DNA of 64,000 bases, from positions 27,094,001 through 27,158,000 of the forward strand of contig CM022665.1 in NCBI GenBank assembly GCA_012295275.1. Direction: 5' to 3'. Source of the DNA: Chrysomallon squamiferum (Eukaryota; Animalia; Mollusca). Below are positions 49,001 through 64,000 of the stretch, piece after piece; the stretch's first letter is position 1, and each line of letters opens with the position of its first letter. The notes under the pieces were generated by a model. The model was given only the letters and a program-made list of their open reading frames with translations, ran no database searches and was not told the DNA's origin. The translations under genes and the position numbers were made by a program.

Positions 49001-52000
49001 GAATTTAAAAAAAAAGAAAAGAATGGCTATACAATGTTTTATAAGAAATTAAAAAAATTGTGGAAGTTTTGATTTTTGTTTAATATAGCCAAGATCATGA
49101 CAGATGCTACAAAATCATATGTGCATATTTTTTAATTATGATTGTCAGTTAAAATATATTTGGTATTAATATTTATTGAAATATTTGTAATCCTAAATTA
49201 TGTTTTTAAAATTTAATTAGATCTTTTGAATAAGTATGATTTCAGCTTTTTCATTTAATAAATATTTAAGTTGTATTTATAAACAAAAAAAGACATTTCT
49301 CTTGGCATTGTTCATATTTGTTTTATTTTCAAATTTCACTGATATTTTATCTTTGCGAAGTGCAGACATATGTCATTTCTATCAATAAGTACCATTTATA
49401 AGTTTGGAGAAATTGTAACAAAGGACATAAATAGAATCTCTGAAAATATCCATATTTACCTTTGTGTATTACTTTACAGCAAAATTTCATGGTTGGTATG
49501 ACATGTTTAGTGTGTGTCTGCAATATTAGTAATTTTAAATCAACTGCATGCAGTGTTTACATTAATCAGTGTGCTGTGCACATAGGTGTGTTAACAGAAA
49601 TACTTAGTCTGTATTTGATAGAGGGCACAAAGAAATAACAACTGCTAGGTACTCACTCATTTAGTAATGTAAAACATTTTTGAGGTCTCAACAGAGCAGT
49701 TACTTTTGTTTGTGAACTAACTGAATTGTATACATTTCAATAAGTAAATGTGGAGACATTGTTTGATACAAAAGAACAGCTGTTACATATGCAGAATAGT
49801 TGTAAATATTGTCTGATGTCAACACTACTGACAGGCAAATTAAATAAAATAATTTCTATTAAATATATACATTTTAAATGTATGGTTTTTGTATAAATCT
49901 CTGTATTAACAATAATGAAAATAGATGTAATAATAATAGCAAAATAAATGAATAATAAAAAAAATAATAATATCCATTTGAATCACAATGATAGTTAGAT
50001 TAAACAGTGCAAAAATTATTAACTGATTTTGCATGTTCACTTTTCTTAGCACGTTTAACCTGTGATGTATATTAATATATTATTTTAGTTACTGCATGTA
50101 GTTGAGCATGTGTTTGCTGCATTGTTTGACCATCTTTGATATATATATATTTATGCATCAGTATTTATCACTTGCTTGCAATAATTAATTGTAGCTACCA
50201 TTATTCCCATGTTTACAGGGCCTTGCTTGGAAGGTAATGTTTGACTTCATCTCATGTTTTCATGTATTTCACTGCATGATTAATATGAGAATATGTATAT
50301 GTGTGTGCTTTGTTTTTTTTTAACTTTTTGTCTTGTATTTTGTTTCTGTGTAACATAACTAGGTATTTGTATACATCTTTTTTTAAATTATTTAATACAC
50401 ATAAATACTAAATTTTTAAAATAAAAATTGTGTTGCATGGGAACAGGTAAGTTCTATAATTTTGTTCTTGAATTTATTAAAAGATCTGTTTTGCACAATC
50501 AAATAAAACTAACTAAATTAACATTTCTATTTTAAAATATTTGCAAAAATCAACTAATATTAATAATATTATTAACCATTTTTGTCATTGTAAAATTAGG
50601 TAATATTAGAATACTTTGTTTTTGCAGATATAGGGAGGTAATTTTGTTTAATTACTATGATGTAGAAAATAATAATTAGCTGATTGTGATAGATTACTAA
50701 TAACTATAATTAATTTTTAATTGTCATGTACCTTACTATGATATATATCTGTAAGAACACATTTGGAAAAGAATGTAGTATTTAATCAAATCAATGTTGC
50801 ACTGTTCTGGTTGGTGTTTTTGTAAAACATAATATTATATTTTATAGATACTAACCAGTCAAGTAGATTGCATTACAGTTATCTTGGAATGTATTTCATA
50901 ATTTAGATGTTAATTTGATATGTAATGTAGACATACCTCATTTTAAAAAAAAATTCTATGAGTGTGATAACATGAACTGGAAAAATTAGTTAAAGGAGAT
51001 TATTCAAGTTTTAATACTGATGTCTATTTTTGTCATCAAAAGACACTAATGTTTTTGATTAAAAAAATAATAATAAAATAAGATATTGTACAAAATTTTA
51101 TAATTATTAACTGAAAGATTGGTTACATTTTTTATATGTACATGCACGCACACACACACACATAATGTATCTAACAATAATTATAATAATTTTAAATACT
51201 TTTTTGTCAAAATAAAAAGCTGAGACGCAATTTTTTATTTTTTGTTAATGCATAACTACTCATAAATACTGGTTTTATAGGTGAAATATTTTTAAATTAA
51301 ATTAATAAAGCATAAAATAATTGAAAGATTACATTTTTTTCCAGCTTAGGTTTCAGAAGTCTGCTATCTAAAAATAATAGCACAATGATTCAGTGAAGAA
51401 TTTATTGTTCTGGTTATCAAAAATTAAATAATGTTTTTACTTTAATCTTCTGTAGATTATTTAAATTAAATATTTGAACTGTGTTAATCATTATGCATTT
51501 AAACGTAAACATTGTAAGATATCTCAGTTATATTAGTTTGTATTTTGTCCTGATAATTTTTGATTTTTATGTCTATGTGTATGTTGGTATGTTGAGGACT
51601 GTTTGATTGCAATGTTAAATTTATGTCAGGGTTGAGATAACTTTCTCTTTGTCCGCTTTAATTGTTTTCACAACTTTTTAAATTTAAATTGCTAAAAGCA
51701 TTGTTTGTCTGAAATGTCTGAACAACAAATGTTTTTATGGTGCTTAAACTTTGATCAGAATTCTTTTTGCTTTTAAAATAATTTGCATGAGGATAAACTT
51801 TGTGATGTAATCTGCAGTGCACAAATTATAGTATGCACACTACTTTATTAATTATTATGTAGCATTACTGCTTTGTTCAGAATTTGTTTTACACCTTGTT
51901 ATTGTTATATGTATATATATACACATACAAAGCAATCAAATTTTTTTTTTTTTGCTTTATGTTTTAACGATGTTATATTATAACTAATCAAGTTATTTAG

Positions 52001-55000
52001 CTCTGAATTGGTATTATAGAATATTTTATGGCTAATTAAGTGAACTATAAATAAAATAAATGTTAATGATTTTTAAATTACTATATAGTTTTAAACAGTA
52101 GTTGTTATTAACAAAATAAACCAGATATTGAATGTGATAAAATTAGGTTCTGAATATGTTAGCATACACACAAGAGTTAAATCATAATCAAACCAGGGTC
52201 GCTGTTCTGTACACCATGTTGTTTTACCTGTTTATAATATCGCAAAAGTGAAAGTTTTATATTTTAGGTAATCCAGGACATTGTTTAAAATTGTATATGC
52301 TTTTCATCATTATCTGTTAGTAATGTTTTGCTGTTTCAGATATGTGTCTTGAAAAGCGTGTTTTCTACCGGATGGTTTCTGGACTTCATACAAGTATCAA
52401 TACTCACCTGTGTGCTAAATACTATACACCATGTAAGTAAATGTGTATGTATAGCTGTGTGTACTTATTATGTGGGTGATTATGAGGGTTTGTTTGTTTA
52501 AAAAGAAAAGAAATGTTTAAGCCAGGAAATTAGAAAATATATTGAATATATAAAATATTAGCAGTTTTAGTAACACAGTTCGAAACAGTTTCATGAAAAT
52601 TAATATTAAAATACAGATAAAAACAAAAAAGAAATGTCTTCAAAAGATACATTTTTATTGCCTTACATTTATTACCTTGTTGATGAATATATAGCTCTCT
52701 GAAGGAGTGTAAGCTTTTATCTAACATGAAAGATGAAGTTTAAAAACATGAAAAATAAATGTTTTTGTAACATATCTATTAATCCTGTGACATCACAAAG
52801 TTCATGAATTATAAATAGAGAGACACTAACAATGAATGCAGTTACACATTATTTATTTATTGTTATTATTTATTTTATTTTTTTAGCATTGAATGGATTT
52901 GGAGAAGGTGTATGGGGTCCAAATATTAAGGAATTTAAAAGGCGTTTTGATCCAGAAACAACCAAAGGAGACGGTCCCCAGTGGCTGAAGAATCTCTATT
53001 TCACATATCTTGTAGAACTCCGAGCCATTGCCAAAGCAGCACCCTATCTTCTTGAGGTAAAATTAAAAGGAGTTGGTTACATAGTTTATAAATGAATAAA
53101 TATTATGCAAAAAAAACTAAACTTTTATATTTTTCTTTGCATTAGCAGAGAATAAAAATAAATGACTACCTCAAAATAAAACAGAATGTAATAAATTATT
53201 ACTAAAGAGATCTAGCTATTAGCATTTTTTTTTTTTAATGAAATGTTTTATTTTTATTTTTATTTTATTTTATTTTTTTTATAATCAAAAGCATTGATGC
53301 TGAAATAAAACTGTGTAGATAAAAGCTGCATATGGTACCTAAAGTCAGAATTGTGTGCTAAATATCTTGGGGATGCAAGTAAAGTTTTAATTCAAAACAA
53401 GTCTTATAATTAATAATATAAAACTGAAAATATACATATATGGAATAAAGATAAAACTGAGTTTGTAATTAATTTTACTTCTAGAAATTTTATTTAAAAA
53501 AAAAAAAGGAATCTAAACATTGAGTTGTTATTGAATTTTTAGGAAGAATTTTACACAGGAGATCCTGATGAAGATGCAGATGTCAAAAGAGGAGTTGCAG
53601 ATCTTCTTAGTATTATCAAGTGAGTCAGTAGTTTGATCAGTTGATAGGCAGTTAAGCCTGTATGGTTTTATTATTAATTTACTTCATAACCTCTTCATTG
53701 TTGCATTGGGTATACCAAGTGTACAGGACAAAAAAAAACATGATACAATACTCAGAAATACTGAAATAACTCAGTGAATTGTGATGACTAAAGTGGTCAC
53801 TACAGATACAGGGATGAAGCAGTTATTAAAGGTACTGGAGAGAACAGTTAATGTTTAAATTTACAAATATTTTATTTATTTTGTATTTTTAAATATTTAA
53901 AAAACACTACAAGATTTCCCATTTACTAACAAGTTGATAGTTTTATTTGTCTTTTCTGTTTTTAAACTGTTAATCAAAAATTTTAAAAATTAATTTTGTA
54001 CATTTTATTTTATTTTGTAGTTCCTTTAACGATCATTTTGATGAAAGCAAATTATTCAAAGGAAATTCAAAAGAGGCTTTAAAATTAAAGGTTTGTATTA
54101 CTTATCAATTTTTAGTGTAATAATTTTGCTAATGTTTGCAAGTTTAAAAATTACATATAGATGTTAACAGGTGTATCTTTTAACTGAAATTTAAACATTT
54201 TTGGTTTTATCATATCTTAAAACTGAAATGTTTTTTTGTCAGGATGTTAAAAATGTTTTATGTATGAGGTACATTTTTAATTCTTTCACAGCAGTTAATA
54301 ACTGCTCTATCACCTGTTTAGCAAAAACTATAAAATAAGATATTAATGAAGCTTTTATATGTATGCATTTGCATGTATGTATATACCAACACACACATAA
54401 ATACACACTTAACATAAGTACTAATACATTCATAATTTTTTTCTCTTAATTTTCAGGAAGAATTTAGAAATCATTTTAGAAATATTTCTCGCATTATGGA
54501 TTGTGTTGGTTGTGACAAGTGCAAGCTCTGGGGGAAACTGCAGGTAACAAATACACATTGAAAAACTGAAAATTTGGTGAAAAAGAAATATGCATTTTAG
54601 GTATGGCAATGTTGCTTTTAATGGCCATATTCTGTCTGACTTAATTATACCTGTCAGCAACCTTTTATCTGAATAGTGTTTATTTGTAAGTAAAATATTC
54701 ATTAAATCGTTTTACATAACTTTTTAAACTGAACATAATTATACAAGTAATGCTATATTATTTTACTAATTATTTTATTTCTTTCTGTTTTTCAGGTTCA
54801 TGGTATGGGCACTGCACTAAAAATTTTGTTTTCAGGAGACACAATTGGTCCTCAGTCCACAGTGAATGCCAAGAGCAAGAAAACATTCCAGCTTACCAGA
54901 ACAGAAATTGTGACACTATTTAATGCCTTTGGAAGGTAAACTGGATATGTCCACATACACTCAGAACATGCACTTGTACATTTACACATAAACACACACA

Positions 55001-55429
55001 CATTTGAACATTGACACCAGAGCCAGAATGATTCATATGATACTGTTTTTACTAATTTATATTCACTAATATAGGAAGAAATCTTAGACAGATTATCTTC
55101 ATGATTGAAAATCTTTATCATGTTGAAGGATTGTATAGAAATCATATTCCAGTTTTAACTACAGCTATATAATACATGCAGAGACATTTATGGTTTGGGT
55201 TTCAGTTAGAAACGGCAGGATGTTTTTATGTTCCTGCAAACATATGTCTTTAACATTTTAATTTTATAACTGTTTTTTTTTTTTTTTTTTTTACCTTTTT
55301 ATTTCTTTTGGCTTAACCACTTTATCTTCTTGTCTAGATCTTGAAAAATAACTCACAAATTGATACTGTTTTTGCAGATTATCGAACAGCATCCACTTTC
55401 TGGAAGAATTTAGAGCCCTGATGAGTTGA
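43014..55429 (+). CDS. ERO1: ER oxidoreductin 1 (ERO1-like)
   Basis: Exons 43014-43136 (signal peptide, CFC), 44682-44801, 45979-46062 (CPFW..CALRDC), 46349-46390, 46531-46604, 47244-47317, 48104-48224 ([17 protein letters not shown]), 48663-48706, 50219-50233, 52340-52432 ([15 protein letters not shown]), 52887-53056, 53543-53619, 54021-54090, 54457-54543 (CVGCDKC active site), 54796-54935, 55378-55429. Confidence 0.97.
44868..45645. mobile_element. Non-autonomous hAT-like DNA transposon remnant in ERO1 intron 2
   Basis: Imperfect TIRs cagggtatgcacttt / aaagtgcacactctg (13/15); subterminal tgacttgc three times (~44904, ~44938, ~45602); no clean TSD. Confidence 0.55.
50219..50233 (+). CDS. 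ERO1: ERO1 15-nt microexon (RPCLE)
   Basis: gtttacag|ggccttgcttggaag|gtaatg; phase 1-1; an in-frame alternative start at 50195 is possible. Confidence 0.7.
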
Positions 55430-58400
55430 TGGGAAAGAATGTAGTGAAGTTTATAAATGAAGGATTTTTGCGGGTCACGAATTTTGCTTCACTAACTGTT
55501 ATGAGAAAAAAAACGACCAACCAATGATGCATGTAATTTATTGAATGTTTTACCTACATTATTTTTATTTCAAAAATCAAAACTACTTATCCACTTACAA
55601 ATGCAAGCTGCAGCAAACCTACAGAAAAAAAAAAAAAAAAAAAAAAAGAAAAAGAAACTGCCAAATTACAAATTTATTTCTTTATTTTATTTTTTGCCCA
55701 TTATATGTGATATATTAATTGATCAGATTATGTACAAAAATGTGGAGAGGATTAAAAATGAAAACAAAAGCAGCACAGATAATGAGCTTTTGGTATCAAG
55801 TCATTCTTCTTATTTATGTGGATCACTTTCTTTTCATTTCAACAGAAATCAAACTAGTTTATTGGTAAAGTTTCAATTTTTCTGCTTTATGGTTCAGGGG
55901 CCAGGATTACATTATGTAAAAAACATATAGCACTTTTTATTTTTATTATTATTTATTTCTTGTCGTGGCACTAAGTGATCTGAGTGAATCAAATTTTTAA
56001 TTGACAGATCTGTATATGTTGAACTTTAAATCTGATTCTTATTTCAAACCCATGACAATGAAAAATATCCTTTACCAATAAAAATTAATCCAAAATAGCA
56101 TTGAGGACAAATATTAATAATTTTTAATTTTTTTTTATAGATTTTCTAAAATTGTTTTAATGGTCTTGTTGACATATTTTGTTGTTGTGTAAAGTTTTTT
56201 GTTAGGTCTGACTTGATTTGTGTCTTTTGTTTTACCATATGTTTTGTTTGCTCTGACTTTCTGCATTGTTGATCTCATTCATCAAACAGTGATAGGAACA
56301 TCAATTATTCTGAAATTGCAGAGAGGCCACAAAGCCCCTTTTTTGTACAAATATAAATTATTTATTAACCTCCCATCATCTGTGGCAGATATTTATATTA
56401 AATAGGCTGCATCACTTTAAGATCATATCCACTTCATTATCTGGTAAATGGCTCATCGCTGTTTTTTGGTGTGGATAAACATCTTTTGTTGGTTTATACA
56501 CTCATACAGAGGTTTTCAGACTGGTACTGGTACCCCTGACAGAATTCTTTAATGGCAGATGGAAAAAGTGAAAACAGTATTTGTACAGAAGCCACTTAAA
56601 GAATGATAATCGCCTGATCCTCAGAATTTTTTAGTTTTTTTGCAAAAAATTTAATATTGCATTATATCTTATACAATTATGGCACTGTGCACATTTCACT
56701 CAAATATTAACTAACCATACTGAAGCTTCTCTGCCATAACATTTGGAAAGGTGTAAACATCAACGAAATACTTTCTCCTAGGAGTAAATTTGGAAAACAA
56801 AGTTTGAAAACCTCTGTTCAGATGTATAGGGACTTTGTGACTACTGTGTCAACAGTTTCAGATGTAGATAAATAATATGCCTCTCTATATTACATTCCAT
56901 TTTATGGGTCATATCATCTAACATCTGTTATCTAACAGGTAACCATGTTTCACTGTTTAAAGCAAGACTAAATGTTAAATTTTAATTTTAATTTTTTCTT
57001 CATTGACAATGAATCACTAATTTAGTGTATATTTGAAAACAAAATTATTTTAATTTTACATCATTTATAGAAGTATTTCTGCCTTTTGCTTTGTTCTTTG
57101 AAGTAGTGGTTCTTGTTCTGTCTGATGCAAAGTATTACTTTATGTGCTGTTCATTGAAGTACGGTAACATGCTTTGTAGTGTGAAATTTGTGCTCTGTGC
57201 TGTATTCGGTGAAGAACAGTTTTTGAAGAGTCAAGTCAAACACAAATTGTTTTTCAGTAAACGGTTTTAGTCTTATTTATTATTATTGGTGCAATAGATG
57301 TTTTAGTGGAAGTGGGTTTCGGGTTAGGGTTAAGGTGTGATAATTGAATATACAATGTATTTCTTTTTATATAAAATAATTTATTGAAAAATACAAATTA
57401 TTATTACTAGTATCCAAAGCATGTTAATGTTTAAAGTATTTTTTATTATTTATTTATTTATTTATTGTTATTTTGGGGGGATTTTTTTTATTTGTATTGT
57501 TTTTTTTGTTCATAGTACATGGACAGATGGTCTCATGTGTGTAATCGATTTATGTGTCACATGAAAACAAATTGTAAATATTATTAATGTTCAGTGTTTG
57601 CAGCAATAGATATTGTAACAGTTTATATATATATATATTGTTTTTAAACTGTAGCAGTGAAACTTCATCTTTGTTAAATACTTGAAAAATGTTCTATAAC
57701 TGAAAAACTTTTTCACTGCTGGAAATTAAATAAATATGTAATAATAAAAAAATAAATAATAATACAATATAGAAATAAGAAACCTACTTAGCTTTAAATG
57801 CTTTTAAAGTAAAATATATTTATCCATCAATACAGCTTTAAATATAATTTTGTTATTCATTGTTACTTAATTTAAACATTTCTCAGCAAATCACATGAAC
57901 AAAAATACTTGGAGGATTATAAGCAATCTTTAACTTATTTTAATAATGGTATCACAGAGATCATTATTATTTTCTTATTATTGTTGTTATTATTTTTATT
58001 ATTATTTTTGATACTAGGGCAAGCTAGAATTGTTAAAATAACGACTTAATTATCATTGTATCAGGTACTAGCAATATCAAAAACAAGATATGTGTGTATT
58101 TGGGTTATTAAATTACAATTAATGTAAAAAAAAAGATAAAGGTTATATATATATGTATGTATGTATGTGTATATATATATATATAGATATATAATCAATC
58201 TCTGTGTGTCTGTGCTATGTAATGTGTGAATGTATATTTTAAATGCTAAAGTTTAAATCATAGTGAATTGCATATGTTGTTGTTATGCCTTCTTGTGATA
58301 ATTTCAACCCTTGTTGCATTATAGTTGTTGAAATTAATATTCATAGTTAGCTTTTTATACTGGTAAATACTTAGTTATTCCTTGTGCATTTTCTGGGTGT

Positions 58401-61400
58401 TTTTTTTTTTTTTTTTTAAATTGTTTTTTTTTTTTTTTTTTTTACTAATAATGAAATTTGTTACTTCTAACACATTTGTCAGATAGGATTAATTTGGAAA
58501 TTTTTAGCAGTTACCAAAGATTTTCCATAATCATCAGTGTTCCTCACCCCATTAAAATAAAGTAATAAATTTCGAAATCCATAACATCCAATGATAGCTT
58601 CATACATTTTAAATCTGAATTATTTCAGATTCTTTTAATTTTTTAATGTTTAATTTTTTTTTTTTTTTTTTACGTCTGAACTGAGACAGTCCCAAAAATA
58701 ATTACCATTTATGAAGACAATACACACATTAAAATTCTAAATTATATTAGTCTTGGATCAAAAGATTATGTAGTGGTATAATAAAAACTGGTTTAACAAT
58801 TAAATTCATGTGTTCACATTTGTAAAATGTAAATATTTCAGTTATAAAATAAATAAATATCTTTTTGGGTGGGTTTCCTGCATATGTTGTAAATGAAGCA
58901 TAAAAAATAGATTTCTAGTAATAATGAACTCTCCACATTAACAAATTTAGAAATAACTGTGATTATCCTTTACACTTTTTTTTCTGTTATATTTTCTAAT
59001 GTTCACTGTTGTCATTTTGTACTTATGTTTGCCATCTGTTTTCTTCTCCTTTGTTTCAGTTCAGGTCACACTCTGTTACAATGTACTTATTAACCTTATA
59101 CACACTATGCTTTTGTTTCTGTGTACTTTTTAAATGTTAACGGTCATATCTGGCCTCATTGTTTTGAGAATTGACTTTTCTTTTCTTGTCAGCAATTACT
59201 AAGATAAAGACATGAGGAGAAACTAGGAAGCAAAAATTTCCCAAAACCTCACAGAGTGGAACATTATATATGGGAAAGTTTAATATGGGGGAAACTGAAA
59301 GATTTGGAATATTAATTTTAAATTTGATAGAAATCATGCTAAAATTTATCTTTTTTGTATTTCTGTTAAAATACTGTAATTCAGTATTTAAAAAAAGAAA
59401 AGAAATATAAATATACACATTAGGGCTAAGACGTCTAATATCTGCTCAAGTATTTAAGATGTTCAGAATACACTTGAACTATCATGTTATGAATTTGTAA
59501 TGTTGAATGAATGTATATTATTAACATCATGATAGTGCAGCATGTTACAAAACTTTAAAAAAACATTGTAAATACACTGCAGTAACACTGAAAAGAACTT
59601 AAAATTTCTGAAACTAACCAAAGCTGTTGGACTACTACTTAAAATAGCAAATGTTCATAATTAATTTTTTTATCGTTCTTTTTTTAATTAGCAATAATAA
59701 CCTAGAAATTTTTACTGTTCTGGTATTAATCTTTGGCAGCTGGGTTGTCAAATAGTTTGTAAGATTCTTGTCTGGTTTCATACTGTTCACTGGGTGGAAA
59801 GTTGAAGAAACCCAGGGTCAGTGCTAAATCAATGCTCTCTTCCTGTTGAGAATGTTGACACAGTAATATATGTTTTAATATCAACTGTTTTTCGAAGCAG
59901 GAGAAGAAGACTGCTACAGAATGAATTGCATTCCATTTCTTTTATTTCTTTTTTTTCTTTTTTCCAAAGACATTTACTTTTCATATATATTACACCCTTG
60001 TCAATTTTTTTACAAGAAAAAGTTGCTTTTTTTTTTTTTAAATTGTTTTTCTCATTTCTTGTAGCTATTTACTTCCCTCCCTATAGATACCAGTGTGAAC
60101 TTCAGTAAAATATATATGACATTTCTTTAAATAGCAAAAAAAAATATAATATAAAACTTCAGCATATTTATAACATATCAGTAGTATTTTGTATTCTTAT
60201 TTTTCCTATTTTGTTTAGTGTTTACCAGTTTCTATTTCAGTAGATATAATATAAATTATATTAGTTACAATGTGTCTGTACTAGAGCATTACATGTCAAG
60301 CATGTTACGAGACAATTTTACTGATAGGAAACATGGATGTCTGATTCTGTATATAATACTATAATATGCAATTCTGATATTAGTATCTGAAGATTAGAAC
60401 TGTTTATAAATTTCACTCTTCATTTTCAAAAAGGGTCAACCATTTCAGCATATTCACCATAAAACAACATTGGTTGTGGGGTTTATGTTAGTTTGCTTGA
60501 AAGTTGCTGTTTTTAATGTTAGTACATTTTAAAGCTTGATAAAAGCAATAATTACTTTAAATAATTTTTTTTTTTAAGTTAAAAAAAAAATAAACTAAAA
60601 TATATATGTATAAAGAAACCAAAGGATTTTTCTTTTCTCTATTTTTTTTTTTTTTTTTTTTTTTTTGGTTATGGTTAAATTATGAGATGAATTTTTTTAT
60701 GACACACATTCAAAATGTTCAACTTGTTTGGCATTAAATGTTGTTTACTCTCTGCTTTTAATATTTATAATACATGTTTATTCACTTTTCCACTTATTAT
60801 TTCTTGAATGTTTATAGAGTTGTATGTTTATACTAGTGCCTGTTGTTCTCTCCACAGAACAACCCAATCTACTGGTCAGACCGTCTGAAGTTGGGTATCT
60901 TCTTCTTAACAAATATGCCATGCTTCGGCATTTTATTTCAGCTCCTGTTTTCTTTCTTTCTCTGTACTATTTTGTTTACATGGTTAAGAAAATAAAATAT
61001 TTTCTTGAATGTTTTTAATTGCTTTTTTTTTCACCATCGTTGTCATCATTGGGTTGAAGTGAGTAAGTATGTAACTTTACTCTTGAAAAACTAAGGAAAC
61101 ATGGTCTGTTAAGGCCAAGTCTCTGTATTTTCTAGAAATGGAGAGCTGTATTATCCTAACTTGATCAATGAAAAGTAGTTATAGGTATAATAATTCAAGT
61201 TTCAATGAGTAACAATATTACATAAATTTTAATTCTTCCTAACAAATCATTAAACATTTATTTGTTGTTGTTAAAGCTAAGGTATAACATTTAAGAATAT
61301 TATCAATCTTTTGTATCACTTTATGAATAACGTAGACATTTACAGCAGGAATAACAATCCATCGTTTATGAGCATAAAATAAAACGATGTTATCCTTTAT

Positions 61401-63680
61401 ATCAAAATAGTTGAGCAAAAGGGCGTTAATCTAGTTTTCATTTTGATGCAAGAGATGTAATAAATAATAAAATCTAAATTTATGTTTAAATATTTACAAT
61501 TACAAGTCTGTCCTAGTATAATTCCTAATTATCTTCCTTCAAGTTAATACACTTTAAAGTATAGATCTGATGCTTATGTCACATAATTGCAGATACACTG
61601 TAAATATATCAGATGTTAAGAAGTATGTGTGTAAATAATTAGTTTCTTTCTCATTACAAAATACTTAAAATGGATTTCCATCACAAACAAAAATACTACT
61701 GTATTGCTACATTAACAAATAATCAGTTAAACATTTTCTTTCTTAACAGATGAATATTAGTAAAATAACAAAGTAACAAACATGCAATCACAGATTTATT
61801 CACTCAAAGATACAAAGTCATGGCTTCACATTTAATAGCACTAATCAGTAACATTTTTTGAAATGGGATATTAAAAAAAGAAAGGGGCTCTCCCTAAACA
61901 CAAAACTGCCAAAGAAAATTAGTTCAGCACACATTTATACGCTTTATTGAAATACAGAGCATTGTGCATTTAAAAAATACTGATCAAGGCAGTGAAAAAA
62001 TAGATTTAATGTCGGGATGTGATTAAAAAATGACCAGCATGCACATATTAATACAAAATACCAATATAAAATATCTAAGAAATCTTGCAGAAATTACTAG
62101 AAAATGTTTCCAACATAAAATGTTAGCATATAAAATTTAAAGTATTTAAGTACAACTTTGAATTGGAAAAAAAATTAATAGAAAAGAAAAAATGTAAATT
62201 AAAAAAGAAAAAAGTACAAACAAAAATGAATAAATAAATAATTAGTATTTAATTAAAAAGGTTAAAATTAAAGCATTTGATTCCTTGTTACATATAAAAG
62301 AATATTTTGGTAGTGTAGCAAATACTATTTTGTTCAAACAGCAATTTTCTTGGTCAGTTAAGTTATGGATATGAACAAAAACAAAAATATTTTTTGAATA
62401 TTATAAAGTTCATGATTTGTTTTTAACTAAATTGAAATATAAAAAAAAAAAAAAAAACCCTTCCAAGACCTGGATAATATGTTGTTGTTTTTTGTTTTAT
62501 TTATTGTTTTATAATATTTAATATGTTTACAATTTCCATATATTTATTGTTTTTGTTTCCCTTTTCCATCAATTTTTTAAAAAGTATTTAAATTTTATTA
62601 GCATCAGAAAAAAAGAAAAAAAGAAGAGAAAATGTCTTTTCCATTCTTTGACTTAGAAACTACACTGGAAATGATCTAAATATTTCAAAATTAAACATCA
62701 CATTATTTGTTTTATTTTAAATGCAATATGGTAATAAATATGGTACAAACATGATTAAACCATTTGGTTTTCCAATGATGCAAATACATCTAGGATTTGT
62801 TATTACAAAATATTATTACTTACAGCAGAATTTAGTTTTGAATAATACAATATAGCCAAATATTAAAATATAAAAATTAATTTTCACAACACAATATTTG
62901 AGCATGACACAACTACTTTACAATATTTTTTTTTAATCAAAATAATATTTGTTTAACAGACTGCTTTAAGATAAGGATATTGGATAACAATAATGTTCAT
63001 ATTTAGCACAATACTAAAATAGAAATTACAAAATTGCTACAGTAAGAAAAACAGGTTAGATGACAACAGGATTATTTTTATTTTTTTAAATACAACACAG
63101 TATTTTTAAAAGTATGATAATATATTTAATATTATACAAAATAGTCTCACTTTGTGATGAAGATTTAATGACATTGGACACAATATTTAGAATAATATTT
63201 GTTCTGGAATGTTGTTAAAAATTTATTTATTCAAGTAAAGAGACATAGAAATAGGATTAAAAACTATTTTCAGATAAAGATTTGGACTTGTGATAAAATC
63301 TAAATACATTCTGGATGTTAGTCCATGTATGGCTTCATTTGTTGAGCACAGTACTAGCATAATATGGGAAACACTTCCTGATAAAAAAAATTATTTGACA
63401 CAGATGTAGTATTTAGTACAATGTGAAATAGTACAAGGGAAAAAGGAAACAAGTTTCATTTAAGGATGGTAGGTCACAACAGTACTTTGTATGTTGTTGT
63501 ATACCAAATTACGTTAAAACAACTACTTCAAGACAAAAATATTTGATAACTGTATATAGCCTTTATAGGGTAATATATATATGATAAAAAATTTAAAAAG
63601 TATAAAACAATACTATGTGTATTTTCTGATAAAGATGTTACATGTTTATATGCCTGTTTATCTGATATTGGCAGTAGTAA

Positions 63681-63760
63681 AATAATAATAATAATAATAA
63701 TAATAAAAATAATAATAATAATAATATTAATAATATTAATAATAATAATGATAATAATCA
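63681..63760. repeat. Imperfect (AAT)n microsatellite
   Basis: Direct observation. Confidence 0.9.
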
Positions 63761-63828
63761 TAAACAAAATAAATAAATAATAAAAATGTGAAAAATATTT
63801 GAATAATGTATTTGATTTTCAATATATT

Positions 63829-64000
63829 TTAGAAGGCTGCCTGTGTTTGGTTATTAAATATACATGTATATAATATTTTCAACTTTCAGAAATCATATAA
63901 AATGTGTATAAAAGATAAAAAGATTTCTATTTAAAAAAAAAAAAAAAAAAAATTGTTTTACCTCTGTGGTTTCTATTAAGGATGAGTCTAATATCTGGTT
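63829..64000 (-). CDS. Possible last two coding exons of an unidentified gene entering from the right (..NQILDSSLIETTE|AAF*)
   Basis: 63962-64000 ends in gag|gtaaaa; acacag|gca gcc ttc taa at 63829-63840; the adjacent ~61-63.8 kb region is T-rich on the minus strand, like a 3' UTR. Confidence 0.35.

Noticed and set aside
50440-50640. cag|gtaagt at 50447 and a 10-nt pseudo-exon at 50628-50637 in the ERO1 intron
   Set aside because: The first lacks a matching acceptor tract; the second is frameshifting with no compensating partner.
57314-57335. Telomere-like gggtttcgggttagggttaagg
   Set aside because: Only one perfect TTAGGG unit; likely chance or a tiny repeat relic.
55541-63767. Short ORFs in the right-hand region
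   Set aside because: Low-complexity translations of poly-A/T and microsatellite tracts; the region looks like UTR or intergenic DNA.

Overview
Eukaryotic (animal, very AT-rich, invertebrate-like) genomic DNA with intron-rich genes; most of the ORF track is noise. Exons were reconstructed by hand from GT-AG sites and frame continuity. In order: 3' part of a MARK/PAR-1 kinase (+, CDS 622-14543), TDP1 with a long N-terminal extension and PBZ zinc finger (-, 20839-28997), B9D2 (+, 32696-33796), NDUFAF7 (-, 35359-42389), ERO1 (+, 43014-55429, head-to-head with NDUFAF7), and possibly the last exons of another minus-strand gene at the right edge. Also a decayed Tigger/pogo transposase fragment, a non-autonomous hAT-like element, a duplicated ~170-bp intronic element and microsatellites. 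The most interesting signal is a splicing-control architecture in MARK: two 100-nt paralogous, mutually exclusive exons with two selector-like and two docking-like complementary intronic elements that could form competing RNA duplexes, plus a series of frame-preserving micro/mini-exons among dense TGCATG (Rbfox) motifs. ERO1 has a Cys-bearing 15-nt microexon with the same motif context. All splicing and structure claims are predictions without RNA data.
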